A DNA stretch of 64,000 nucleotides from a virus: positions 1-64,000 of IMG/VR virus record IMGVR_UViG_3300017917_000321; one strand, given 5' to 3'. Position numbers and translations under genes: made by a program. Positions within the stretch are counted from its first letter, which is position 1; each line of letters begins with the position of its first letter. Below the pieces are notes generated by a model that made no database searches, was not told where the DNA came from, and saw nothing but the letters and a program-made list of their open reading frames with translations. Below are positions 38,321 through 48,362 of the stretch, piece by piece.

Positions 38321-39519
38321 TTATCTTAAAACGTCCTCCTGGCGATTCTTTTACTTTTCGATTGTTCGTTGAATTAACTTCAAAAGTAAAACGCCCTAAA
38401 GATTCAATATACATATGGTCAGCTGCAATAGACCCGCATTACACGGGTTGGTCAGCTGCAATAGATCCTGTATACATTGGTCAGCGTCCTGACGAAAATG
38501 GTTATCAACACGAAACTGAGTTGTATTATAGAAGTCAGTTAACTAACGCAATTAAATCAGATCTAGTAATATTAGGAATTAAAGATCATTTAACATCCGG
38601 AGATTTTAATTTTTGGAATAACAAATTGCCCACTATAGTTGAATATGTTTCAACTATGGTAGATTTTTACAGTGATAAGAAGTTTATAATTTTAACCTCT
38701 GTAGAAAATTTAGAAAAGTATCTAGTAAACCCGAATGTTAAAATTGTACCCTGGGGAGGGGACATAACAAATCATCAACGGGAATATCAAAAACTAGAAC
38801 CTGTATTAGCTAAAAATCTCAACAGCTCGTATACTTTTTTAAGTCTTAATAGAAACAAACGAGCTCATCGAGCTATGTTAGTATCATATCTATATGCTTT
38901 AAACATACAAGACAGTGGTTTGATATCCTGTATGTTTAAAGATAAAATTGACGATCTATTTTCTTACACCAACTGGACAGTATCTCGTCCTGAATTATAT
39001 GTAGAAGGGTTTCAAAAATTTAAATCTTCTACACTGTTGCTCAATGATGATTTTCAAATCTATGACAATTATAACAATGACAACGTTTCTAATTTTAGAA
39101 ACAAATTAAGTAACTATTACAGAGATACATTTGTAGAAATCATATCCGAAACAAGCTACACTGAATACTGTTTTAATCTCACAGAAAAAACATTAAACAG
39201 TGTCTATGGAGCATCATTCCCTATTTTATTATGCAGCAAAGGCAGTCTTCAATTTTTAAGAAATATGGGTTTGGATGTATTTGATGACATTATTGATCAC
39301 AGCTACGACACTATTGACGATCCTGCTGTACGATTAGAAACGGCCATAAACAATAATTTAGAATTACTAACCAATAATGCTAGGACCAAACAACTGTGGA
39401 TTCAAAATATTGATAGGTTTAAAAATAACATTGACTTTTGTCAAAAAAGAATGTATAATTACTACAATTCAAGATCTATAGATCTATTTGATGAGATAAT
39501 TAATGACCCAAACTTTTAA
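38317..39519 (+). CDS. Putative GT10-like glycosyltransferase (paralog of 27347..28585)
   Basis: FLSLNRNKRAHR..EIISET..LTEKTLNS..GLDVFDDIIDHSYD. Confidence 0.5.
   Translation: MIILKRPPGDSFTFRLFVELTSKVKRPKDSIYIWSAAIDPHYTGWSAAIDPVYIGQRPDENGYQHETELYYRSQLTNAIKSDLVILGIKDHLTSGDFNFWNNKLPTIVEYVSTMVDFYSDKKFIILTSVENLEKYLVNPNVKIVPWGGDITNHQREYQKLEPVLAKNLNSSYTFLSLNRNKRAHRAMLVSYLYALNIQDSGLISCMFKDKIDDLFSYTNWTVSRPELYVEGFQKFKSSTLLLNDDFQIYDNYNNDNVSNFRNKLSNYYRDTFVEIISETSYTEYCFNLTEKTLNSVYGASFPILLCSKGSLQFLRNMGLDVFDDIIDHSYDTIDDPAVRLETAINNNLELLTNNARTKQLWIQNIDRFKNNIDFCQKRMYNYYNSRSIDLFDEIINDPNF
38416..38485 (+). repeat. 33-bp in-frame tandem duplication (WSAAIDPxYxG x2)
   Basis: TGGTCAGCTGCAATAGA at 38416 and 38449; a third TGGTCAGC at 38478. 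Confidence 0.85.
39431..39459 (+). promoter_or_regulatory. Near-consensus sigma70 promoter
   Basis: TTGACT-N17-TATAAT, ending ~44 nt upstream of ATG 39503. Confidence 0.55.
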
Positions 39520-40120
39520 AACTGATGATTCTTTTTTTACAGTAGTAATGCCTACAAGATGTCCTATAAGATTCTGGGATGTTTTCAAATGGGTAGAAGA
39601 AGATGCTAATGCTAAATTTAGATTCATACGAGATTTTGAAATAGAACAAGGCCGTCTACCTTTAAGAGAAGTTGAAGAAATTTATCCAGGCGTTAAAACG
39701 ATTGGCATAGTAGTTAATCCTTGGGCTAGGGCTGCGTGGTCTTATGCTATGTCTATAGATCCGCCTGAAGGATATCCAGGTGTTGAGCAGATACAAAAAC
39801 AATTTGAAGGATTAGATTTTTCTTCGTTTGATACGTACATATCTAGTATACTACATTGTACCTCAATATCAAATAAGTATCATCCAACTGTAACACAATC
39901 TTCTTGGTTAACGCACGGCGAGAAAAATGTAGATTTTTTACTAAGAGCAGAAACTGTAAATCAAGATTTTAAACAGATACAAGATTATTTTTGTACAGAT
40001 AGGTCATTAGGAGTAGAAGATTTTAATTTTGATTATAGACCATACTATTCGGAAATCAGTAAAGGAATAATTGAACAAATTTTTATTGAAGATATAAATC
40101 GTTATGGATACACCTTTTAA
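39503..40120 (+). CDS. Sulfotransferase family 2-like protein
   Basis: VVNPWARAAWSY (RxPxxRxxSxY-like), DFLLRAETVNQDF, YRPYY..EDINRYGYTF C-terminus; N-terminal PAPS loop divergent. Confidence 0.6.
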   Translation: MTQTFKTDDSFFTVVMPTRCPIRFWDVFKWVEEDANAKFRFIRDFEIEQGRLPLREVEEIYPGVKTIGIVVNPWARAAWSYAMSIDPPEGYPGVEQIQKQFEGLDFSSFDTYISSILHCTSISNKYHPTVTQSSWLTHGEKNVDFLLRAETVNQDFKQIQDYFCTDRSLGVEDFNFDYRPYYSEISKGIIEQIFIEDINRYGYTF

Positions 40121-40130
40121 GGATTGATAT

Positions 40131-40814
40131 ATGTATGACATAGTATTCATAAGTTATAATGAACCTAATGCAGAGTCTAATTGGAAATTGCTCAAAGATA
40201 AATTTCCAATGGCTAAAAGAATAGATGGAGTTAAGGGCATACATCAAGCACACATAGCCGCAGCAAAAAAATGTTTTACTAAAATGTTTTGGGTAGTTGA
40301 TGCTGACGCACAAATACTACCATCTTTTATCTTTGATTACGAACCTAACGAATGGGACTTAGAAACAGTTCACGTATGGCGCAGTAAAAATCCAGTTAAC
40401 GACTTAGAATATGGCTACGGAGGTGTAAAATTATTACCTAGGCTACTAACTTTAGAAGTTGATGTTTCTCAGACTGACATGACCACTAGTATTTCGAAAA
40501 ACTTTAAAGCTATGTCAGATGTTTCAAATATTACAGCATTTAATACTGATCCGTTTAATACTTGGAGAAGTGCGTTTAGAGAATGTGTTAAACTGTCAAG
40601 TAAAATTATAAGAGAACAAAACAACGAGGAAACAGACCAACGTCTCTATGCGTGGTGCAATAAAGGTATTGACAGACCATTTGGAGATTATTCTATTCAC
40701 GGTGCTAACATTGGCCGTGCTTATGGTACTAAAAACATTAATAATCCAAATGAACTAAAGAAGATAAACGATTTTGATTGGTTGTATGAGCAATTTTCAG
40801 AATATACCGTTTGA
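40131..40814 (+). CDS. GT2-like glycosyltransferase (paralog of 26430..27350)
   Basis: YDIVFISYNEPNAE..RIDGVKGIHQAH..WVVDADA..YGYGGVKL..WRSAFRECVKL. Confidence 0.65.
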   Translation: MYDIVFISYNEPNAESNWKLLKDKFPMAKRIDGVKGIHQAHIAAAKKCFTKMFWVVDADAQILPSFIFDYEPNEWDLETVHVWRSKNPVNDLEYGYGGVKLLPRLLTLEVDVSQTDMTTSISKNFKAMSDVSNITAFNTDPFNTWRSAFRECVKLSSKIIREQNNEETDQRLYAWCNKGIDRPFGDYSIHGANIGRAYGTKNINNPNELKKINDFDWLYEQFSEYTV

Positions 40815-41784
40815 TAAGATTGTACACTTTGGACAAAAGACGCTCTTAGAGCGTCGTTTGTTTACTGTCTCTTGGATACTGGCTAGATTCTGTAATTATA
40901 ATTGTTCGTATTGCTGGCCTTATGCTCGTAGTGATACACCTGATCATCGCAGTTTTGAAACTTATACCAAGACTATTGATGAGATAAAGCGTCAAGCTAG
41001 AGAAAATGGTTTTACTGATTTTCATTTTAGTTTCAGCGGTGGCGAACCGACTGCGTATAAACAGTTTGGTGAACTTATAGAGCATTATGCAAGCGACCAA
41101 GAGCCGGCATATCAGAGCATACACATGACAACTAATCTAAGTCCTGGCAGCAAATGGTGGGACAAGTGGTTAACAGTTACTGATCATCTACAGCGTCGTA
41201 GTATTACTGCAAGTTTCCATGCTGAATTTGCTAAGGAACAGGAATTTGGAGACAAGTGTCTTCAATTAATTAATAACGGAGTTCTTCTCACAGTTAATCA
41301 GGTAATGGTTCCTGAGCGATTTGACGAATACTATGATAGATGCAAGCGATTGTTTGATAGGGGCATTAACGTAACATTAAAACCTCAGAGTGATCCCACT
41401 GCTAGTTTTGTTGTCAGCGGTTATACACAAGAACAGTTAAACATACTTCAAACAGGATTTCCTCAACACATCGATGGAGAGGAACAGACTCAAATAGAAC
41501 TAACAGACGATCAAGGTAATAAGTACTACATGGATCAAGCTGAGCGTTTTAATGCTTTTGGGTTTAATAAGTTTAAGGGATGGTTGTGTAACAGCGGCTA
41601 TCAAAGTTGTATTATTAGAGAACCGGACGGCGAAGTAAAACGCAGTTATAGTTGCAGGGATGAGCCTTTAGGTACAATAGATACAGGGTTTAAATTATTT
41701 AAAACTCCTATCCCTTGCAAAACAGAAACATGTGTATCGAGTGCAGACAGTAAAATTCCTAAGATGAAAATATGTACAAATTAG
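40786..41784 (+). CDS. Radical SAM protein with C-terminal SPASM/twitch-like cysteines
   Basis: CNYNCSYC; SGGEP; GWLCNSG..C..PCKTETCVSSAD. Confidence 0.88.
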   Translation: MSNFQNIPFDKIVHFGQKTLLERRLFTVSWILARFCNYNCSYCWPYARSDTPDHRSFETYTKTIDEIKRQARENGFTDFHFSFSGGEPTAYKQFGELIEHYASDQEPAYQSIHMTTNLSPGSKWWDKWLTVTDHLQRRSITASFHAEFAKEQEFGDKCLQLINNGVLLTVNQVMVPERFDEYYDRCKRLFDRGINVTLKPQSDPTASFVVSGYTQEQLNILQTGFPQHIDGEEQTQIELTDDQGNKYYMDQAERFNAFGFNKFKGWLCNSGYQSCIIREPDGEVKRSYSCRDEPLGTIDTGFKLFKTPIPCKTETCVSSADSKIPKMKICTN

Positions 41785-42758
41785 AAGATATAAAATCAAT
41801 TCATTTAGAAGTGACATCAAAGTGTCAGGCTAGATGTCCTATGTGTCCACGTAGAATACATGGAGGACCTCTCTTAACAGGTTTAGAACTTGAAGAAATT
41901 GATTTAGATACATTTAAAAAATGGTTCAGTGATGACTTTATTTGTCAGCTAGGTCACTTAATGATGTGTGGAAATCTAGGAGATCCTATTATTGCTAAAG
42001 ATACACTGGCGATTTTTCAACATTTAAGATCCGTTAACCCTAATATCATACTTCACATGCACACTAACGGAAGTGCTAGATCAAAAGACTGGTGGGAAAA
42101 ACTTGCAGAAGCAGGTGTTGAGGTTACATTTGGTATTGATGGAATGGAAGATACGCACAGTCTCTATAGAATAGATACCGACTGGAATAAAATTATAGAA
42201 AACGCAAAGGCATTCATTGCGGCCGGCGGATCGGCTCAGTGGCACATGTTAGTATTCGAACACAATGAGCATCAAGTACATCTTTGCCAACAGGTCAGCA
42301 GAGCATTAGGATTTAAATCATTCTCATCTAAGCACACTACTAGATTTAAACAAGGAAAGTTTGATGCTGTAGATGAAAATTATAAAGTAACACATACTCT
42401 TTATCCATCAAAGAAAAGCGTTGAAATGATTGTTCCTGCAAAGATAGCACAAGAAGAATCTTTGCCAACTATAACTTGTAAAGCAAAAGAAGAAAATCAG
42501 TTATATGTTAGTGCTACAGGATATGTAACGCCCTGTTGTTGGTTAGATTTAGAATGGTTGCCAGATTTTAGTGATTCTAAAATTGATTATAAGATTAAAA
42601 TTAATCAGTCCCCTAACCTGCATAATATGTCATTTAAAGAAATCTTTGACAGCAATTATTTTAATAAAATTCAGGGATGTTGGACTAACTCGGGTTTAAG
42701 AGAATGCTCTAAGCAGTGTGGTAGTTTTGATAAGTTGAAAGAACAGTTTGAAAGATGA
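41772..42758 (+). CDS. Radical SAM/SPASM-twitch protein
   Basis: CQARCPMC; CGNLGDP; HTNG; C..PCC..CSKQC. Confidence 0.88.
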   Translation: MYKLEDIKSIHLEVTSKCQARCPMCPRRIHGGPLLTGLELEEIDLDTFKKWFSDDFICQLGHLMMCGNLGDPIIAKDTLAIFQHLRSVNPNIILHMHTNGSARSKDWWEKLAEAGVEVTFGIDGMEDTHSLYRIDTDWNKIIENAKAFIAAGGSAQWHMLVFEHNEHQVHLCQQVSRALGFKSFSSKHTTRFKQGKFDAVDENYKVTHTLYPSKKSVEMIVPAKIAQEESLPTITCKAKEENQLYVSATGYVTPCCWLDLEWLPDFSDSKIDYKIKINQSPNLHNMSFKEIFDSNYFNKIQGCWTNSGLRECSKQCGSFDKLKEQFER

Positions 42759-43357
42759 AAGTAGATATACAAGATGTTTTATTTTGGATGGACGCTATCC
42801 GTAATAGCGAGGATCGGTATCGCACCTTAGAAAGTTTCTGGAAGGGGCAAGTTAACAGTAAAATTTGGTTAATTGAAAACTTATCTAAGTTTGTTATGAC
42901 TAATACTAATAATACTATAATAATTCATGGCGGATGGAACGGTGTTCTAGCTAGCTTACTCTTTAATAGTGACATTGGCATTAAACACATCACTAGTTTA
43001 GACATTGATCCAACGTGTGAGCAAATAGCATGTACTGTAAACAAGCGTCAAGAGATCGAAGGAAGATTTAATGCTGTAACTGCTGATATGTCAGATTATG
43101 AATATAATGCTGACATTGTAATCAACACTAGTTGTGAACATATTACCCACGGAGCATATCTTAGATGGTTAGATCTGGTTCCTAAGAGTTCTTTAATTGT
43201 AATTCAAAGTAACAATTATTCTGAATTAGAAGAACATATTAATTGTGCTACTAATCTTAATGATTTTATTAAACAATCTAAATTAAATGTGTTGTTCTCT
43301 GCAGAATTAAAATTACCTAAATACGACAGGTATATGATTATTGGGAATAAGAAATGA
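42755..43357 (+). CDS. Class I SAM-dependent methyltransferase-like protein
   Basis: IIIHGGWNG, ITSLDID, TADM, DIVINTSCEH. Confidence 0.7.
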   Translation: MKVDIQDVLFWMDAIRNSEDRYRTLESFWKGQVNSKIWLIENLSKFVMTNTNNTIIIHGGWNGVLASLLFNSDIGIKHITSLDIDPTCEQIACTVNKRQEIEGRFNAVTADMSDYEYNADIVINTSCEHITHGAYLRWLDLVPKSSLIVIQSNNYSELEEHINCATNLNDFIKQSKLNVLFSAELKLPKYDRYMIIGNKK

Positions 43358-44649
43358 GCAAAACATTTTGCCCATTACCGTGGATACATCTTGCAACACG
43401 ACCCAACGGTGATGTGCGAGTTTGCTGTACTGCTAATGCTAGCGGCGCTGGAATAGTAGATAGTAAAGAAGAAGGTTTGGTTAAACAAGATGGCATAACA
43501 ATGAACCTTCGTGATCATACCATTGAAGAAGTATGGAATTCTCAGCAGATGAAGTATACTAGACTTCAGATGTTGCGAGGAGAGATTCCCGAAAGCTGCA
43601 AGAAATGCTTTGTAGAAGAATCGAACGGTATTGACAGCAAACGAATATGGGAAACAAAAGTATGGCAAGAGAGATTAGATCTTGAAAGCATAGTTGAACA
43701 AACTAAAGCTGACGGGAGTCTTCCTGTTAACATTCCTTATTTTGATCTTAGATTAGGAAATCTATGCCAACTAAAATGTATAATGTGCAGTCCTCATGAT
43801 AGTAGTTCGTGGATAAAGGATTGGAAGATACAATATCCGAAGTACAAAAATATAGAACTAAAGAAAGACCAAACTTGGAGTTTAGACTTTGATTATACTT
43901 GGTATAAGAAAGGTTCTTTCTTAGAATCAATGAAAGCACAAGCCAGCTCCATTAAAGAATTATATTTTGCAGGTGGTGAACCTTTATTAATACCTGAACA
44001 TTATAACATTTTAGAGTTTATGGTTAACAGTGGTAATGCAAGACACTGTGTATTAAGATATAATTCAAACGGCTTAGAAATTTCTGAAAGATTGCTGTAC
44101 TTGTGGAATCAATTTAAACAGGTCAAATTTAATTTTAGTGTAGATGCGTATGGAGATAAGAATGATTATATTCGTTATCCATCTAAGTGGAAAGACATCG
44201 AAACAAATTTACGTCTATTAGACAACACAGGTGATAATGTAGTAGTTAACCTGGCATGTGCAGTACAAGCTCTTAATGTATTATATATTGATGAATTAGC
44301 CGGGTGGAAATTGAATAACGGTTTTAAAAAAATCAATCTAGCACCCTACGGTGCAGGAATTATAGGACTTCATTTAGTCTATCTACCTAGTTATTTAAAT
44401 ATTCGTGTGTTGCCAATGGAATTAAAACAGATGGCAGCAGATAGAATAACACGTTTTATAAAGACAATTAATACAGACGAATTTTCAAATAACTCGTATG
44501 GTCGTCAACGGTGGGAAGGTATTATTAAGTATATGATGGAAGAAGATTGGTCTAACAAGTTACCGTCTCTTGTTGAATACTTAAATGTAACTGATGCAAA
44601 TAGAGGCACAGATTTTAGAAAAACTTTTGTAGAGTTGGGTAGATTATGA
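43354..44649 (+). CDS. Radical SAM protein with N-terminal twitch domain
   Basis: FCPLPWIH..CC..CKKC; CQLKCIMC; AGGEP; close paralog of 28589..29857 (C.PHDSS.W). Confidence 0.9.
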   Translation: MSKTFCPLPWIHLATRPNGDVRVCCTANASGAGIVDSKEEGLVKQDGITMNLRDHTIEEVWNSQQMKYTRLQMLRGEIPESCKKCFVEESNGIDSKRIWETKVWQERLDLESIVEQTKADGSLPVNIPYFDLRLGNLCQLKCIMCSPHDSSSWIKDWKIQYPKYKNIELKKDQTWSLDFDYTWYKKGSFLESMKAQASSIKELYFAGGEPLLIPEHYNILEFMVNSGNARHCVLRYNSNGLEISERLLYLWNQFKQVKFNFSVDAYGDKNDYIRYPSKWKDIETNLRLLDNTGDNVVVNLACAVQALNVLYIDELAGWKLNNGFKKINLAPYGAGIIGLHLVYLPSYLNIRVLPMELKQMAADRITRFIKTINTDEFSNNSYGRQRWEGIIKYMMEEDWSNKLPSLVEYLNVTDANRGTDFRKTFVELGRL

Positions 44650-45632
44650 AAATAATTAAGATCGATTCTAATGTTTCAAAAGATCGCTTAAGAATTGAAT
44701 TATTTTTAAGCAATGTTTGTAATTACAAGTGTTGGTATTGCTTTCCTGGTAGTAACACAGGAACGCATCCGTGGCCTGATTTAGATCTAATAAAAGAAAA
44801 TCTCAGCCACGTTATTGAATATTATAAGACCAACTTAAATAAAAAACAGATTTATCTACACATCATCGGCGGCGAACCAACGCTCTGGAAAAACTTTGGA
44901 GAATTTGTAAAATTCTTTAAAGAAACACACAACTGTTTAATTAGCATATCAACAAACGGTTCTAGAACCTTAAGATGGTGGAATGAATATGGACATTATA
45001 TAGATCAAGTAATGTTAAGTTGCCACCATGAATACGTGGATACAGCACACACAATTGAAGTAGCATCTATTCTATACAAAAAAAGGATTGACCTAGTGGC
45101 GTTAGTACTGATGGATCCTTCTGCATGGGACAAGTGCGTAGAAATTATTCAGCAGCTAGAAACCAGCAAGTATAAATGGCCTATAGCTGCAATGGAAGTT
45201 CATCACGAAACACTGAAATACACTGAAGATCAAAAAGAATTTCTAAAAAATTATAAAAGTCCTAGATCAAATCTTTGGTATAAAATACGCAGTTCTAAAA
45301 TAACTCATCCGCTACCCACAGTTACATTTGAAGATGGTAGTAAAAAACAAGTAGACCAAAATTATTTGTCTCTTAATAACCTTAATAAGTTTTATGGCTG
45401 GGAATGTAACTTAGGTATTGACACACTGTATATTGAAAAAAGCGGATACATGCAGGGAGCGTGTGGACAACCTTTATATAATTTAGATTTTAAGTATAAT
45501 ATTTTTGATACAGACTTCAAGGAAAAATTCTCACCAGCTATTGTGCCTGTTATCTGTAAGAAAACAGGGTCGTGCGGATGTCAACCTGAAACGAATGCCA
45601 GAAAACAAAACGTTCTAGCATTAAAAAGATAA
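44646..45632 (+). CDS. Radical SAM protein with C-terminal Cys cluster
   Basis: CNYKCWYC; GGEP; TNGSR; GWECNLG..C..C..CGC. Confidence 0.88.
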   Translation: MKIIKIDSNVSKDRLRIELFLSNVCNYKCWYCFPGSNTGTHPWPDLDLIKENLSHVIEYYKTNLNKKQIYLHIIGGEPTLWKNFGEFVKFFKETHNCLISISTNGSRTLRWWNEYGHYIDQVMLSCHHEYVDTAHTIEVASILYKKRIDLVALVLMDPSAWDKCVEIIQQLETSKYKWPIAAMEVHHETLKYTEDQKEFLKNYKSPRSNLWYKIRSSKITHPLPTVTFEDGSKKQVDQNYLSLNNLNKFYGWECNLGIDTLYIEKSGYMQGACGQPLYNLDFKYNIFDTDFKEKFSPAIVPVICKKTGSCGCQPETNARKQNVLALKR

Positions 45633-45660
45633 TATACAACACGAATAGAAGGAAACCGCA

Positions 45661-46317
45661 ATGACTAACGAAGAAATTACCAGAGCTTGTTTATACAACA
45701 GTCTAGCTAACCTCGGTGATGTTGTTAAGCTCAAATGGAAGTTTGATCCATATGAAGTAGAAAGACAGATAGAACAATTTAAAGATAACTGGTGTCCTTA
45801 CAACGTAAAAAAGGACACTGTTAACAATAGATGGGGATTACCTGTAACTAGTCACAGCGGTGATGTAATAGATAATTATCATTTAAACAGTTTTGGCTAC
45901 ATGCAAAAATATCATAGTGTAGAAATGAAGGAAGAAAATTTTACTACACCTACACAAGTATATCATGCAATACCTGGGATAAGAAATTTAGTAGATGTAT
46001 TTCGACCTGACATAGGTAGGGTACATCTTTTGAGAGTGGACAAGGGAGGTTTCTTTCCTCCGCATAGAGATTTTCATGGAGCTGCTCCGGAGTATTTTAG
46101 ACTGTTAGCTGTGTTTGGTCGTTGCAGTCCTGAGAATTATGTTCAATTGATCGACGGTAAAGCAGTGTATCCTGAACCGGGCTGGGTCTATTTTATTAAC
46201 TTTCAAAAGGATCACAGTGTGTTTAGCTTTAGCGATAACTTGCATTCTTTAATACTAACAGTTAAGTTGAATGAACGCACACATTCACTTATTATGAACA
46301 ACACAATGGCCGAATGA
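45661..46317 (+). CDS. AspH-like 2OG-Fe(II) oxygenase
   Basis: GGFFPPHRD (HxD)..GWVYFIN..HSV. Confidence 0.7.
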   Translation: MTNEEITRACLYNSLANLGDVVKLKWKFDPYEVERQIEQFKDNWCPYNVKKDTVNNRWGLPVTSHSGDVIDNYHLNSFGYMQKYHSVEMKEENFTTPTQVYHAIPGIRNLVDVFRPDIGRVHLLRVDKGGFFPPHRDFHGAAPEYFRLLAVFGRCSPENYVQLIDGKAVYPEPGWVYFINFQKDHSVFSFSDNLHSLILTVKLNERTHSLIMNNTMAE

Positions 46318-47222
46318 AAATAACTTACCTTAACCCGGAAAAAGAAAATTGGTTTCTAGTTACCTGGGATATTTCAAACAAATGTAATTACCGTTGTTCC
46401 TATTGTCCTGATTTTTTACATGACGGATCTTCAGGTTGGCCAGACTTTGAAAAGGTAACTAGATTTGTTGATACACTTAACGAACAATATCCTGATAAAA
46501 AGATCTGCTTTCGCTTTAGCGGCGGAGAGCCTACATACTGGAAAAGATTTGATGAGCTTGGGAAGTATATAAAGGCGAAAGGAAATTATTTTTCTTTTTT
46601 AACTAATGGTAGTCAAACTGTTGAATATTTTCAAAATATAAAAGATCATACTGACGGTGTTATTATCAGTTATCATTCTGAATTTGCAGAAACACAACAT
46701 ATAATTGATGTAGCTAATACGCTGTCTTGTCCTGTATCAATTAATCTAATGCTGGTTCCTGAAAAATTTGACACTGTTGTTGATATAGCTAAACAAATAT
46801 ACGAAAATAGCAATGCAGCAATATGGCCTAAAGTAATTCTAACCAAGACAGGCGATCTAGGTCTTACTAACGAACCTAAAATTTATACCGAAGAACAACA
46901 GCATTTAATAAAACATTGGCCCTATTTTAGAAAATTAGATGAGACTAAAATACACAGAGGCGGAATAGCACTCAATGATAAACCTATTACTGCTAATGAA
47001 ATTATTTTAACAGGTCTTAACAAGTACTCTGGCTGGAAATGCTACGGCGGCATAGATAGTCTTCATGTATCGGCTTGGGGAGAAGTTTACAGATCCGATT
47101 GTAAACAAAATAAAATTGGACATATAGATAATTTTATTAGACCAACTGAGCCTACGGTATGCTCTAAACAGATCTGTGGTTGTTTAAGCGATCTATATCT
47201 TAGAAAAGAATTAGAAATCTAA
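46314..47222 (+). CDS. Radical SAM protein with C-terminal Cys cluster
   Basis: CNYRCSYC; SGGEP; TNGS; GWKCYGG..C..CSKQICGC. Confidence 0.88.
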   Translation: MKITYLNPEKENWFLVTWDISNKCNYRCSYCPDFLHDGSSGWPDFEKVTRFVDTLNEQYPDKKICFRFSGGEPTYWKRFDELGKYIKAKGNYFSFLTNGSQTVEYFQNIKDHTDGVIISYHSEFAETQHIIDVANTLSCPVSINLMLVPEKFDTVVDIAKQIYENSNAAIWPKVILTKTGDLGLTNEPKIYTEEQQHLIKHWPYFRKLDETKIHRGGIALNDKPITANEIILTGLNKYSGWKCYGGIDSLHVSAWGEVYRSDCKQNKIGHIDNFIRPTEPTVCSKQICGCLSDLYLRKELEI

Positions 47223-48362
47223 AACAGATTTGTAATTTAAATCTTTATCAAACTCTAGTATTGACTGTGACTTATCTTTTAAGTTATAGGATATTGCGTA
47301 CATCTTATCTTTGAATAACAGAGGTCTTCCTAACATTGTATCATCAAAGTATAATTTCTTTTCAACAGTTCCTTCCCGACTTACCTTAATAATAGGGCAA
47401 CTTGGGCTTCCGCCTGGAAAGAAAAATGCAGATCCTTTGTAAGAAATACCAGACCTATATCTATATTTGCCGCCATGTGCAATACCTATATCAAATTGTT
47501 TAATATCTTTTGTGTTAACGTCAAACACTATACCAAGATTGCTGTCATAACAGAACTCGTCACCATAGGGTACGCCTATAATTTTATCTTCAACTAGTGT
47601 AGCAACATTATACTTTTTAGCAAAGTCGTGACCGTGCAAGGGATAGGACTTAAATTCTTTAGTATTAGTGTTAAATTCTATTACTTCATTAAGGCCTGCT
47701 GTTTCGCCAAAAGGTAATGCGTATAAAATATCACCCACTGCTACAACATCTGTATACTTTCTTGTAACAGATGGATTTATATTAGGTATAGGGTATGTTT
47801 CTAATTTAGTTCCATCAAAGCTAACAAGATTAAGGTATCCCTCTGTATCACTTCTAGGCATACTCCAGTAACGGCCATTTGAGAACGCACAGCCCATGTG
47901 CAATTTAACATGTTCCTGCTTATTAAAACTTATTGCATGAACTGTATCATTTTTAATATATAGCCCATAGCTAGTATCTTCATAACCTAACGGGAAGCTA
48001 AACGCAGTCTCGCCATCAGATGCTACACTATAGAATTGACCCTTCCCTGTATTATCTATTTTATGATATATGGGAGTCTTATCTTTTAATTGAACAACGA
48101 TATTAAAATCATCCCATATGCCGTAAGGTACTAACCAAAGACTATCTTTTACTGTAACAACAGCATTAGTCTTACTAGTTACCGGTGGAAGATCAAGATC
48201 TATATATTCGACACTAGTTCCATTCCATACAAGTATTTTACTATAGTCTTTGCACAACTCTGTTGCAAAAGGAGGACTAACAATATTACCTTGATACTCT
48301 GCTAGTATCAAATGTCTTATTTCTGCTTCGTGGTAGAAGTCTGCAAATGCTTTATAGGCCAT
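47211..48362 (-). CDS. Beta-propeller repeat protein
   Basis: About 8 repeats of hydrophobic-x-x-P-[YF]-G (IVSPPF, LWLVPYG, AFSFPLG, YWSMPRS, LYALPFG, IIGVPYG, AFFFPGG, MYAISY). Confidence 0.6.
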   Translation of the reverse strand: MAYKAFADFYHEAEIRHLILAEYQGNIVSPPFATELCKDYSKILVWNGTSVEYIDLDLPPVTSKTNAVVTVKDSLWLVPYGIWDDFNIVVQLKDKTPIYHKIDNTGKGQFYSVASDGETAFSFPLGYEDTSYGLYIKNDTVHAISFNKQEHVKLHMGCAFSNGRYWSMPRSDTEGYLNLVSFDGTKLETYPIPNINPSVTRKYTDVVAVGDILYALPFGETAGLNEVIEFNTNTKEFKSYPLHGHDFAKKYNVATLVEDKIIGVPYGDEFCYDSNLGIVFDVNTKDIKQFDIGIAHGGKYRYRSGISYKGSAFFFPGGSPSCPIIKVSREGTVEKKLYFDDTMLGRPLLFKDKMYAISYNLKDKSQSILEFDKDLNYKSVLDF

